Shown here: positions 12,405 to 26,187 of the stretch, piece after piece
How positions within the stretch are numbered: the stretch's first letter is position 1
How the letters are laid out: every line of letters starts with the position of its first letter
NCBI GenBank assembly: GCA_965649765.1
Contig: OZ287761.1
Span: 7,688,001-7,752,000 of the forward strand
Length of the DNA: 64,000 bases
Source of the DNA: Bispira polyomma
Lineage: Eukaryota
Reading direction: 5' to 3'
The notes under the pieces: generated by a model
Told to the model about the DNA's origin: nothing
The model's input: only the letters and a program-made list of their open reading frames with translations
Databases searched by the model: none
Position numbers and translations under genes: made by a program

Positions 12405-13572
12405 TTAGATGTTGGCAGAAGATTACAATTTATTGCCTTTTGAATGTACTTCTCCATTTTTTATTTTCCAAAAAAAAAAAAAAAATGATTCCAATATAAT
12501 GTGTCACACACAGAAAGATCTTTGTAGGGGCTGCATGGAGGCATAAATCGTCTGACAAAAACAACCTAACTGATCGGTGACATGGATGTGTAGGCTAATC
12601 AAATGGTGTCGTAAACCAAACAGCAGTATGTGGGTGCTGTGTGCTGGCTAGAAGACTTCAATTATCACGAGCATCGTGACAATCTGCTGTCATCCACTAT
12701 GTGTAACTCTAGAATTGAACCTTGTCCCCATTGCTAATTAATTAAATCCTATATTTTGTACACAAGAAATATCAGTTCTGTTCACAGAAAGTTTTTTAAT
12801 ATATATGTATATATAATGCAAACAGTGGATTTTATGTACAGGGTTCCAAGCAAGGTTTGGAATTACTTGATCATGGACACATATCTGTGCACGATTATAA
12901 TTTTATATCTATGTCCAACAATGATATTATTTTTGTATTATCAACTGTTTCGAAAAACACATATTAGTGACTCATTAGCCTTTAATAATAGCAAACGCAT
13001 TTCACTTTATGTTACTAATGACTTGCAGTTTTTTTGTAATTTTTTTTTAAAATGCTAAAATGTCTCCATGTAGGACTTTTCCAATAATTTTATGTTATCT
13101 GTCAATTTGCCAAATTTACAGTCATTTTAAATTTTGTAGGATGATTACTTGCCATTCCCTAACAAAGGTTAGGGAACGGTAAAGGCAATTTTCGCAATAA
13201 AATGCCTTGCTAACAAATTACATTCCACTCCTTGGTGTTGTATTTTATTATCATTTCGGTATTTTTGGTAAATAAATATATTCCTTCTTCTTCCCTATAC
13301 CATAGCTTTTTCTTGGTAATTGATACGCGCAGGCACCTAAAACCAGAGCCGAACCCTGTTCATGTTAGCTGTTGAAAATAGCCCTCAATGTTAGTCTTGA
13401 GTCACCATTGCCATGCCCTTCTTAAATCTTCTTAAATTCCAGTAATTACTCTAATGTACTTTTTACACACTAGTCCTTTTTCTGTTGGCCTTGGCACTCG
13501 ATCAAAAACAGGAAAACTTTTAAAACAATTAACAGTAACCAGAAACAGTAACCAGAAATGACAGAAACCAGT

Positions 13573-13990
13573 GGCCGTATTCTCCAAATATCTCAAACTC
13601 AGATCATCTGGACTGGTATTCACAAAGATTCTTATTCTTAGAAATATTCTTATTCTTATAATTTTCTCAGAATTTCTACTAATCTAAGAATTTTCAAAGA
13701 AAAATTTTAAAAATAATAATAAATTTCAAATTTGTTGCTTTCTTAATCTTAGATTTTTACAACCCACAAAGTTGCTAATTTTTTGTACCATTTTTAGATT
13801 TTAGCTTAATTTAAATAAATAGGAATAGAATAAATTTGAAAATTGTTATTCTTAAAATTTGTCTTAAATTTTTTTCTTAGAATTACGAATTTCTCAATAA
13901 CTGTAATTCTAAGAAGAAGAATCTTTGTGAATATGACCCCTGAAGACCCCCCCACATCTCTAGCAAGAGTGGACTTAAGTAAAATCTGCC
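13573..13990. mobile_element. Partial M1-like MITE interrupted by a second MITE
   Basis: CCGTATTCTCCAAA.ATCTC..CATCTG | CTGAAGACCCCC..ATCTCTAGC matches the reverse complement of 1555-1630 once 13611-13939 is removed. Confidence 0.65.
13611..13939. mobile_element. MITE with ~30-bp TIRs and CTG target-site duplication (Harbinger-like by TSD)
   Basis: TATTCACAAAGATTCTTATTCTTAGAA / TTCTAAGAAGAAGAATCTTTGTGAATA; CTG at 13608-13610 and 13940-13942. Confidence 0.8.
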
Positions 13991-14748
13991 TGACTTTTGT
14001 ATTCAAAAAACTCAAAAGAAACTCTCCAAATTCAAACTCAACTGACGTGAGAACCAACCATGGTGGCTTGAAGTTTGTGTGCATGTACCAGTGTCATATT
14101 ACATTATATAACTTTAAACATGAACAATAATAAGTAATAGTAGTTAGGTTGGGTTTCGTGACTTATTGTATACAGCCAATAGAAAATCAAATTAAAGAAA
14201 AAACAGAAAAAAGTTCTAGTGTTTTTTTTAGAAACCCACCGGGAAAACCTCCACCCAGGAAGTAACATTAGTAGACACATTAACTTCAGAGCACAGAAAC
14301 TTTCACAAATGACTATACTGCTGGCAATATCCATTATGTGTGTCAGTTTCTGGCTGATTTTGTCTGTACAAGAAAAGGCTTTGTAGTTTGGAATCCAATC
14401 CCACCACACTGAAACATGAGCACTGCAAGTGAGAAGTGTATCATATTCACCTAAATTGTGACTTTGTTTCTGATATAACAGTGGAATTGTAGTATTATGT
14501 ATTTTAGGGCGTCAACGTCTTTTAACATTAATGGAGAACACTTTTATTTTGTATTGTCAATATATTATTGTTTGCCTACATGATCAGTTACCTTTTAATG
14601 ACCCCCCCCCCCCCCCCGCTCAAGAGGTAACCTGTTTTGGTTGTTAATATACCTATTACACCTCTCTACTCTAAGACCACTACATGCTTTAAGACGGGGT
14701 GAGGGCATGTGGTGGAAAGACACCAATAAAAAAAGAAAGAATTGTTAC

Positions 14749-14996
14749 NNNNNNNNNNNNNNNNNNNNNNNNNNNNNNNNNNNNNNNNNNNNNNNNNNNN
14801 NNNNNNNNNNNNNNNNNNNNNNNNNNNNNNNNNNNNNNNNNNNNNNNNNNNNNNNNNNNNNNNNNNNNNNNNNNNNNNNNNNNNNNNNNNNNNNNNNNNN
14901 NNNNNNNNNNNNNNNNNNNNNNNNNNNNNNNNNNNNNNNNNNNNNNNNNNNNNNNNNNNNNNNNNNNNNNNNNNNNNNNNNNNNNNNNNNNNNNNN
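14749..14996. other. Assembly gap (248 N)
   Basis: Run of N. Confidence 1.
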
Positions 14997-15982
14997 GCAG
15001 TTTGCAGCGTTTTGCCCAATTTCATTGGTTTGTTTGTTTGCCATAGGAACTAGCATAGTGATGGCCACATTTAAGGCTTTAGGAAGCTGTTAACTATTAA
15101 CCACCACCCAACTATCAAAAGTCAAGAAGAATCCTTTAAATGCTGTACTGTATCCAGATCTAGGGAATTATAGGAATGTTTCACGGCTTGGCAAGTTAGT
15201 GCCTGGAGGGAGCTATTCTAGATGCTATACAGAGTGCCATTCTATGGGTGTTGTACTCATTTGGCAATAAAGACCACTTGTTTAAATCCCATGAGCCAGT
15301 TGTACTTTACCCTAAACCTCTGTCAAAGTATTCCTTCTAAATCCCTTGTCAAAGTATCCCCTCTAAATCCCTTGGCCCAGCTGTACTTCACACGTTGGCT
15401 TCTCGTGTAAATGGAGCTCCTCGTGCTTAATGCATTCATCCAATTAGCTGCAGCAATGAAGGCAGCTTTTAGGGCGAAAATACTATGGAACTTCCCATGT
15501 CCAATAACTTTGGCAATAATTTTAATTTGTTTCTGATGACAAACAGACTATGGACTGTGAAGCCTGATTAGATCAGCAACACAAACCGGGTTTGATCTGC
15601 TTGATGGGGGAAATCGATGACAGACTTAAATAATGTGTGGTAGAAAAACTAGTCAACACACATATACACTATTAACGGTAAAATGAACACCCACTAACGT
15701 TAATGGTGTCAAGGGGGTGGGGAGGAAATCACCAAAAAATATGAACCAGTAACCGTAGTAAACAGCTTCTGAATCTGATGACATTCAGACAATAATAACA
15801 ATGTATCAGGCTTGGCCTATGCTGCATGTCAAATCATTCTGCCCAGGGTTGGCAGTATTAGACATATGGATTAGAACAAGAATTAACTACCTTAATAATC
15901 TTGTACCTTAGAATTTTTTTTTAATTCCTTCCAAAATAGGCATTCACTAAACTCTTGGCAAAAGATACCCATTTGCATTTAA

Positions 15983-16198
15983 GGGGCGCGGTGGTCTACT
16001 GGTTGGACGTGTTCGCTTTACAATTACTGGTCCCTCACTAATGGGTCTTACAATCCTGTATTGTTCCCTCATGTATGAAAGCTTGTCAGGTACTTGCCGT
16101 ACGCTGGTGATTTACAGTGTTTCAGCATTGGCTTCTTCCACCATTAAATCTCACTTAAGCTGTTGAACGTGACGTAAAACTTAACTAAATTCAAACTA
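15983..16198 (+). mobile_element. tRNA-derived SINE (older family) with a 12-bp TSD
   Basis: Head GGGGCGCGGTGGTCTACTGGTTGG, tail AACTAAATTCAAACT; flanked by ATTTGCATTTAA (15971-15982) and ATTTGCATGTAA (16199-16210). Confidence 0.75.
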
Positions 16199-16549
16199 AT
16201 TTGCATGTAAATGACTTTAACGACTCAATTACAGTTCGAAGTTTGATCTTGAAGAGTTTTTTGATCGGATAAAAAGGAATTTTGAATTTTTATCTCACGC
16301 TATCATAATATATTTTCCTTATCTCTCACCAGTCACAGACTGTCTCTGTGTGGACATTTGTTTAGTCACAGGGAAAGTAATGGCCATATTTATCAACGGT
16401 CTTAACCTTCAACTTAATATAATAATGATATTTGAGTGATACACAGAGATATATATACAATACATATTTTGACATTATTGTTAGTTGAAGAACTTTCATT
16501 AATTACAGGTCCAGTCGATTTACAGCACATTTGACACGATTATTGTTTA

Positions 16550-16786
16550 TGAATTTGGATATTTAACGTCCACTCTAGTACCTGTTTAGTAGGTTATATT
16601 AGGACGGGTAGTTGGAAACTGCATACAGTTGATCAAGGTTCTGCACTGAAACCAGTGGCCCACATTAAGGAACTACCACCTTTCCCACATAATCATCGAC
16701 GGGAGTCGAAGTCACGCCGCCCAGAGGTGAGAGACCAGTGATTTTGAAGCGCAATGCTTGCTAACCACTAGGCCACCGCGGCCCCC
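16550..16786 (-). mobile_element. Young tRNA-derived SINE (family S1)
   Basis: Same sequence family as 53966-54220; A box TGGCCTAGTGG on minus; no TSD, flanks map to 34295 and 37019 in copy B. Confidence 0.9.
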
Positions 16787-16987
16787 ACTTTCTTTTGAGC
16801 AGCAGTTTCGAAATGTTAAAGTATATTGTACCTTAACACAGAAAAGACATTACCTCTACTATATTGTCCATATATTCTGTTATGGCTGACATTTATTCAG
16901 GACTAGACTGAATTTTTTTACTCCATTTCTGCCCTATTTTTGTGTTTATCTGAGTATAATTTCAATTATCTGAACTATTTATATCAT

Positions 16988-17212
16988 CATAATCTAATCT
17001 AATCTTAATCTCTGTCGTTACCAGGGAGGGAGTCGGTGATGGTAAGACAGTGTCAGGAGAGATAAGCTTTTTGATAGAGATAAAGGTCTTGAGCTTACTT
17101 CTAAAAGTCGAAAGAGAAGGCGAGCATCTAATATCCTGTGGTACGTCATTCCATAACTCAGGTACAGCGTACGAGAAACTACGATTGAAAAGGACTTTTG
17201 ATCTGTGTATAA
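16988..17212 (-). mobile_element. 5'-truncated non-LTR retrotransposon (CR1/L2-like ORF2 C-terminus plus short 3' UTR)
   Basis: NRSFSYAVPELWNDVPQDIRCSPSLSTFRSKLKTF is the typical LWN.LP..IR....L..FK..LKT end; (ATTAG)n tail; absent at the paralogous sites ~37225 and ~48415. Confidence 0.8.
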
Positions 17213-20200
17213 ACTGAAACGGAAAATACATTTTCCTGTTTTCTTATGTAATCCTACAAACCAAATACAACGTGTGAGATGGGGAGTTTATTGACCCCTG
17301 GGATGAGACCCTTAAACAAGGTTTCTAAGAATATCTCCCAGACAGAGTCTCAGTAGATTTGGTAATAAGCTTCACAGAATTGACATAAAGATATTCACAT
17401 AAAGGCCTGACCTTGAGACTTGTCAGTCTTGCCAGGGAGATAATTTCCTTGAACTAATTCCTTGTATATTGGTGGCTTTGTAAAAAATGTTCAGTTTATA
17501 TAAAGTAGTGTCTGTCTGTTTTGTCTGTGGGGAATGTCAGTAGTAGACCAACAGCATACTGATATCATTGCTGTAAAATATACGTCAACAACTTCACCTA
17601 TTTTATAAAACATTTAAAAGATGTTTTGTCCTGTACCAGATAAGTCATTGACATGTCAAACCATCCATAATTTACAAATTACAACAAAAAATAATGGAAT
17701 AATGCTTTTATTGCATTGAGACTAGAATGTCCTTATTTTTTCTTGTATGTAGAGATTACATATTGTAAGAAATGAAACATATATATATATAGTGTGACGT
17801 GGCCATATACTCAAGATCTCACTAATTCAATAATGTTTACTCATCCTCGAATTCATATATCAGGTCTCCCTATGCAATCATTATCTCTTACTGTATGATT
17901 AGAGTCATGTCCATTTACAAGGTAGATAGCCAGATAGCCCCATTTTGGTTGAATATAAATATTTGCTTACAGAGTACAGGACAATGTTCTTGATCTTGTA
18001 TTTTCACTCTAAAGGTACAATAAGGTAAAAATGAATTCAAAGCATAGTGCTGTACATCTTTGTGTCCTATAACTTGTGCCAAATGCAAATTATGGCAAGT
18101 ATTCTCTGATATGCAATTCTAGCAATGTATAAAATGTACATACACCTAATTATATTGGGAAATAGCAATGGCTTGTCAGTTATTAATGGGTATGGGTTAA
18201 AACCTACCCAAAAGTCCAATTACTACTGCTAACAAATATAAATATTGAGTAGTGGTTCTTTATGGTGTGTTTATGATGGTTTAAAGTATCACAATGATTG
18301 CAGGGAAATTACAGAATACTATTACTGAGGCTAATATCATCAACCTTTTACCCAAAAGATAAATTTACACTGACCTTGGTTGATTAGAAGTGGAATAAAT
18401 TACAAAGAACACCTGTTACTTGCTTCAGGGTAAAGCAGTAAAATAAAAATGAGTAGTTGATAGCTTTGTATCTTTATGGTTCATACTCTTAGCTATAACC
18501 AACTATAAGAGACCGCACTGATATATAGTACATATAGTTTGATATTTTTTAATATTAGAAGATGTAAAACTATACCTTGAATTGGTGTACAAAAAGTGGA
18601 AAATGTGAAAAAAACATCACCAGAATGGCCATCAAGATATTTGACTTTGCTATTTGTTAATGCCATTTGTTCACAGGCACAGTTTGTAAAGGGTTAAAAC
18701 AAATGTCACTTGCTCTATTATGAAACTTCGCAACAAACAACCGTTTGCTCCTTTCCTATTGCCTATATATGTAGCAGGAAAACTGCGTAATCCCTAGAAA
18801 TTTCGAGAAATCCCTGTCTTACAGGCAATTTGTGAAATGACTGAAATTTCCAGGGATTTCGCAAAATGAGAGAGAAAAAACACATTTGCAATCATCATTA
18901 CTGGTTTGTGTTAATGCAACTAACTATGAATGAAATCGCATCACTACTAGAAGTAAATCATCAATCACTATGCTAATATACATGCTAACAGAAGTATATC
19001 TCAAAGCAATATCTCACTGATTGTTCCAAGTCTCTATTTTAAAACCATTGACCTACTACAGCAAGTATCTGATAAACTTTCCTACACAAAGGAACGAAAA
19101 AGATTCGAACATGCTTCTAACCACTAGGCTACCCAGGAAGAGAGAAAGTGGCATCTATACAAGTCCAACCTGACATACTTTATAACATGTAACAAGCGGT
19201 ACCATTATATCCTCTCTCCTCTGAAATGAGGCTTACAGTAAGAAGATAAACTAAATGTCACCTTCTCAGTGATTTCTAAATTAAGGCTTCAAAGCTCTGA
19301 CTCTTTGCAAGAAGTGATTTTTTTATAGAATGCAAGCTGTATAAGTGAATGTCGTGATAAAGGGCTTTTAGGGAGGACACTGTGATTCTAGGATTAGATT
19401 TTGGATTGTCCTTAATTTAATCATCTTAAAAGTCATGTTAAACCAGCTTTAAAGATTGTTTTTTACTGTTTAAATCCATAGTTATGGTAGCAAACAACAA
19501 AAAACCATTACGTTTTGGGTTTTATCCGACAACCTTTTTCCATTTTATTTGACATGTTTTTTATCAGAAGCAGATTATGGCATTTTTTATGACATGAATA
19601 GCTTGTGTAAGAAAGTCTCTTTGATTGAGATAGGTAAGCTTTCTTCCTTGGTGAGTGTGTATTGTGACCTCTACACATAGTCCTTTGTCTAATGGAGTGG
19701 TATGGTCCGATATTCTAAGTATATCATATAAAATTGACTTTACTTCACTTTCTTGTAAAAAAGGAAAGAATTCAGCAGTTAAGTAAATATCTAACACAAG
19801 GACCTTGAGATATATCCATTGGAGAGTTTGCTGGTTTTTCAAGCAGGGAATTAACAGCACTTAGAATGTCAGAGGGTACACCTTAAAATTTCGCACTTGA
19901 TTAGCAAGCTTGTCATTGTAATGCTACCCAGGAAGTGCCTTCACTTAATGGGAATTCTTCACATATAAAAGTTAATTGAGCAATCACCCCTGAAATAAGA
20001 CTATCTCCATGTAACATCAGTCAGTCCTGTCACCCTTAACCTGCCTTGGACTATACTTAATCTTTGTCAAGGTACCGTACCACTGTCACACCATGTCTGG
20101 GTGTTCTAATGGTGTTGTTATACAAGGTTCACATATATACTTAGTAAGTACATGTACTATCTCTTGATCAGGATTTCTCAAATTTGTCCCAGTTTGCAAT

Positions 20201-22478
20201 TGGACCACTCGATTTAAAAAAAAAACCTACATGGTATCATTAATAGTGTCGGAACCCTACGTACCACATTAATTTCAATGGTGATTTCAGACTGAAACTG
20301 AATTTTCCAGCCAGACTTTAGTTATATGATATTATTTTGTAGCGAGTTTAACTAATAGTGCCTTTCATTCAGGTGGAATTTTGTATTGCTTACATCTTCA
20401 CTGTTATCAATCACATCATAAGAGTTACTATCTTAAAGTAACATCTACTCCCTCACCAAAAAAAATTACGATGTATACTTCATTTTTTAAGAGTAGACCC
20501 AGGATTTGTTTCACTGTGTTGTTCTTCTGTATCATAATTATAAATGTGGTGAGTATTGCCTTTCATTGCTTAAAACCATGTCACTAAATCAGGACAGTCT
20601 GAGTAAAATTTAAATTACATGCTTACAATCGTTTTAATAACGAAAGGAAAAAACTGTGAAAGATTGTTTTATATACGTATGCTAAATGGACTGTTGTTTT
20701 TCTCAGAAATTGTTTGCACAAAGATTGAGCAATTATATTTCGTGGATAAAGCTAGACAGTTTGAGATATAGGAGTTAGAGATAAATAAATGTATTTGGTT
20801 AAACCTAAACTCTAGTACTACTAGTAACTAGGGCTACTTAGTTCAGTCTTTGACTTAGTGAAAAGACAGGTAAACTTACTTAGTTCAGTGGTTAATTCCA
20901 CAAACCATTGATGGATAACATTGTAATCTTCATTGCCTTTACATGGCTATAGGTTCTCTAGTAAAAATTGCCTACAGTCACTCAATGACCCTTGTCAGTG
21001 TCAACAAAATAAGGCTGGTTAACAGTGCTGCTAATGAATATGGTCTGTATTTAAGCAACCAATTTGTGAAAATGTCTCTTTTTGAAGCCCTTTGATCACC
21101 GTTAGGCACTGAGTGACTTCAATTTTGCAATTACTTTTTGTGAAATTCTACAGGAACTACACTTAACATATATATTACTATGTAACTATGTTGCATTCAG
21201 TAGAAGTTATTACTGAAATATCAACAAAATATAATAAAAAAAAGCAACTTTATTTTGGGCGCATGATACTTAAAACCTCAAATTCAGAAGGCAAGGGGTT
21301 ATGTGGATACTTTGTCAGAAAGCAGTGATCTAATTGATACAATCCTTAATACACAAGATGGACTTAAAAAGCAGGTATCAACAGACATATTGTATAAGTA
21401 TATTGCTTGCACAATCAAAAGGAGACAGAGTCGTGGATGGTGTGTTTGTCAGTCAACAAGCAGCATTAACTGTAACAATTTAAAACTGTATCTCAATTTC
21501 TACCAAGAACTCTCAGAGGCAAAATATAGCCAAGTATCAAGTACCTCTGAGATTGTCTGGGCTTCCCATTTACCACATGTCTTTAACTTAAAGTCATGCT
21601 TAAAACTGTAATACCCACATAGATATAGATTACCCTTTAATTATTGTTGGAAAGAACCTAGACATGTTGTCACCATGATGCCTGTTACTAGGAACTCTGG
21701 CAGGCAGATTTCTTTAGAGATATATCTTTCGTGTACACAAAGATGCACAGCAGATAATATTTTGAGTTTATAGTGAGTTTAAATTTGAAGAGCTTTGATA
21801 AGTACTGGCCCTGTTCAGTGATATAAATGTCTTGAGATTTACAAGATACAAATACCATTTACAGTGAGTTAGAACTTTACATCTATATATTTTTCAACCT
21901 GCATTTCCAAACACAAAACTTCCAATGCAATTCTATTGTGAATTATTTCAAAAAAAATATGTACACATCATATAGGTACCATATATTATTTTTGTCAAGT
22001 AAGTAGATTTAAATCAAATTTAAATATTTACTAATTGCTACACTAAGTCACAAAAAAGTGTAAGTTTTAATTTTAATTCTCATTGGAAACTAATTTTCAC
22101 TTTTTGAGTTCATCAGTTAAAAAATTTATTCCTAGTTAAAATGTCCACTTATGCAGTGTGACTAGCAAGCACACTTTAGGTGGCTGATGTGTCAGTTACC
22201 AAACACATTTTTAAAATCTATTCTTGTTATTCACTCTGTCCAGCATGAACTGAGACTGACCAATCAGCATTTAACACACCTCCTTCAATTGGCTTGTGTG
22301 TCCCCCCACATACAATCTGCCATTTTAACTCCAGCAAGACAAGGGTAAACACGTGAATGCAAAAGTGTTGAGAAAAAAAAAGCTTCTTTTATGATTTTAT
22401 GAACTTTACGTGTTTTATATTGTTTTTAGTATATGTTTGTTTTTAACATTGTACGCGCTTGTTGATTATATTACCATT

Positions 22479-23561
22479 ATGGGACGTGCTAAGAAGACGC
22501 CAGAGAGTGCTCCACAGAAGAACAAGACTATGGCAATCAACGAGAGGTGTAGTATCTGCCCGTCCGGATCCGATAGTACAAAACCTTCAAATACCCCTAT
22601 CCGAGCCTGAAGTTAATATCAGTAACAATCCGGACAGTCAAATGCTTGCCATTCTTCAGCGGCTAGAGACGGAAAATGGAGAAATAAACAGGCGCCTAGA
22701 CCGAGTAGAAGCCAGAGGGACCCATAACTCAACACCGAGTATTCCCCACAATGACTCACTAGCTGATCTGAGGCGTCAGAATGTTCACATCCAGATGACA
22801 CACGGTCCCACGAACCCGATGGTTCAACCAGCCATAAACCAAAGGTCAACCATACCTGGTCAAGACTACCAACGGAATGGTACCATTCCAAGGGTGGACG
22901 TTTTACGTAACATTCTTGGAAGTTACTGCTGCTGTTAACGCAAGACTAGCAGCTTATGACACTCGATATTCACAGGACCTTGCTCAAGTTAAGACAACTA
23001 CTAGGCAGAAGTCGGGTAGATACAATTCCACAGATGTTTGTTTAGCAGAGCCCCAGTTTCGATGGCCCAACGAGGGCTGGGTCGGGGGCACAGCCCGCAA
23101 GAAAACGCAATTTGACGAACTGTCCCTATCACAGTGGGCAGCGGGCCAGTTGGCCAACGCGGTCCAGACAACGGACATCACAGTAATGAAATCCATGTTA
23201 AACCAAATGATCTATGCTTTGAGGGATGCACACGCTCTGCCCTGGCCAGCGGTTCGAGCTGCGTGGGGCCATAATATGCAAGAGATAGAGGAAGGAAGAC
23301 TCGACTGGTCCAATGCCACACAATGGGCCCTGAATCGCCTTAGCTTATCTCAACTGGCCCTGGTAAACGGTCATTCCTCGTTATCGAACCAACAGAAGGC
23401 CAAGGTTATCTGCAAATATTTCAACAGCGGGTGACGACGGTGATCATGGCCAGTATAAGCATCACTGCTCATATTGTTTTAAAGTGTTAAACAAGGAAAA
23501 CAGTCACCCTGAGTTTAAATGTCTGAAAGCCAATTCTTCAAACACCAAGTCTGGCAGCTAG
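22479..23561 (+). pseudogene. gag-like ORF1 of element 1, frameshifted
   Basis: MGRAKK start; coiled-coil ILQRLE..NRRLDRVE; KSGRYN..RWPNE..FDELS..AAGQL; C-terminal Cys/His finger CKYFNSG..HGQYKHHCSYC..HPEFKC split over several frames. Confidence 0.8.
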
Positions 23562-23930
23562 GTTGGAGGTCGACGTTCCTGTACAGCTGTTAACAATGCT
23601 AGGTGTGTAATAGAGTTAATAGAGACGTAAATGTTAAAGTATATAAGAATAGTAAAATTAGAAATAGCATAGTTAATGCAGTTCATTCAGACAATAATAA
23701 AGAGACGAACAATAGTCAAGAAAATACTGAATTTAATTTAATGTGATTAATAATATCAAGTCACCTGTCAGGAGATACTACATGATGACATTATTGCAGA
23801 GCAGGGCAAAAGGGAAAATCATAACGTATACAAAAATGGGGGTCATTATGATTCTTATCAGTCAAATTTGTATTACACTAACTTCAACAATGCACCTATG
23901 TATGTTGGTGAATAGAATCTAGCCTGCAAA

Positions 23931-26181
23931 ATGTCAATCATGAATTTTTCATATGTGAACAGCTGGGGTCACAACCTACCAGTTGTTCACTTACATGTGC
24001 CAGATTACACAGGAATTTCAGGTTTTTACTGTGAAAGTCATAGCGTGTTCTCTAACAACTTTACCTATACTCCACTGGGGGAAATACCCAGCTTTTCCAT
24101 GGGGGTTTGTTACTCTTTTGATACTAGAATTAATGTCGACTATAACTCGGTAAGAATTAAAACCCTTAACGAGAATCAAGTCATGTATGCAAAATTGTCC
24201 CACAACAATCACAGTAGGGACCTGGAATGCCAAAATTTATTTGGCCATGATTATACTACATACTTGCAGCATGTTATTGACTGTATTATTGAACACGATG
24301 ATTTCAATACTGAGAAATCAAAAATACCTGGGAAGACAAGCAAATACCAAAACATGAGTATGGTCGAACCTGCACCTGTCAAATTGAGCGAGGCTGTGTT
24401 CCAACAAGTCTCTGAATCTTCTCGAAAAAATATTTCCATTAAGGATATTTGTGATCCCAATAAAACAGTAGGCTTCATAAAACTCTCAAATAAGGAATTC
24501 CAATTCACTGGACCTGACAGGGATTCGGTTACAGTTGATTCCATGGACACAATGTGCAGCATTGCTGACATTGTAAGGTCAACAGGGATGCCCAATTACA
24601 AGCAAGCTAGAATTGCCATTACTTGTGGTTTAAATATAGAAGCATGGGAAGACATTACACGTGGCCATCATGACCAGCTTCTGTGTCAGTATCTCAAGTT
24701 TGGATTTCCACTTTCTTTGTACAATCCTCAGTCACTTAACCAAACCACAGAAACTAACCATCATTCTGCATTACAATTCACAGACGCAGTAAACAAGTAC
24801 ATACACAAGGAACAAAGCAAAGGTGCTATGTTAGGCCCCGTTTCCAACATTCCAAATGTACATTACCATTGCTCACCTCTCCTTACAAGGCCTAAGGACA
24901 TCAGTGACAGACGTGTAATATTAAATTTATCACACCCAAAGGGGTTTCAGTTAATGACCATGTCTTTTGATGATATAAAATTTATGTTAAAATTTCCCAA
25001 CATAGATGACGTCACTGACGCAATAAATAACATTAAGGACCCATTACTATTCAAGGTTGACATCGCCAGGGCCTTTAGAAACCTGCGCATCGACCCAGTA
25101 GATGCAGTCAAATTTGGCATAAAATGGGATGATAAATGTTACATGGATCCGGCGGTGGCGTTTGGATGGGCCCACGGAAGTGGGGCCTTCCAGCGCTGTT
25201 CTGACATAATAGCCGACCATATGAAGAAATTAGGTTATATCTTACACTGCTACATAGATGACTATTTATGCGCATGCCCAAGGGCCAAAGCCAATGAAGG
25301 TTTTTGCTAAATTGTGTGATCTCTTAAATGACCTAGGTCTTCCTATGAACCCAGGTAAACTTTCTCCCCCCTCTACTGAGGTAACTTACTTGGGCATTGA
25401 TATAAACATCACAACCAACACAATAAGTATTACCAAAGAAAAAATACAACAGATATATACAGACTGCATTGAAGCCCGTAGTAAGGCCTGGCTTTCACGT
25501 ACACGACTTCAATCAGTATTAGGCAAGCTTCTCTACATACATAAGTGTGTCAAACCAGCCAGGTGCTTTGTAAACAGACTCCTAGCAGTATTTAGGGCTT
25601 CTCCCAATGCCAAACGTTTTAAGGTTACTAATAACATAAAGAAAGACCTTGATTGGTTCATTCAATTTCTACCCAATTACAATGGTGTCACATATTATAA
25701 TCCACAAAATATAAAAGCAGTTAATGAGTTCCATTTAGACGCCTGTCTTACGGGGATGGGGGCTATATGGGGATAAGAAGTTTATTTTACTCCAGTTTTG
25801 GATATTTATGGTCAAAAATTAGCCATCACCCAATTAGAAATGCTCAATCTAGTTATCGCTTTAAGAATGTGGGGCAAGGACTGGCAACACCAATGCGTTA
25901 TCATTAACTGTGATAACATGGCAGTTTTACAGGTCGTCGAGACCAATAAGACCAATGATTCTTTCCTTGCTGCCTGTATTAGAAGTATCTGGCTGCTTAG
26001 CGCCATACACGACATAACTATACAAATTAAACACATAAGGGTTAAGGCTAATATATATGCTGACGCATTATCGCATATATATTCTGAACATCCAACTAGT
26101 AAAGAAACACTACACTTTCTTAGTAGGTGCACACGTAAGGTCGTGCCCATTCAATACTACAACCTAGATTCTCATATATAA
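23931..26181 (+). pseudogene. Reverse transcriptase / RNase H of element 1
   Basis: SPLLTRPK..RRVILNLS, FKVDIARAFRNL, FGWAHGSGAFQR, YIDD; RNase H DACLTGMG, LEMLN, CDNMAV, NIYADALS; frameshift ~25305 and in-frame TAA at 25774-25776. Confidence 0.93.
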
Positions 26182-26187
26182 TTACAG

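Noticed and set aside
14641-15093. ORFs full of X
   Set aside because: Artefacts of the N gap.
15000-15650. Possible decayed LINE fragment (KIIAKVI on minus)
   Set aside because: The short resemblance does not extend to other RT motifs.
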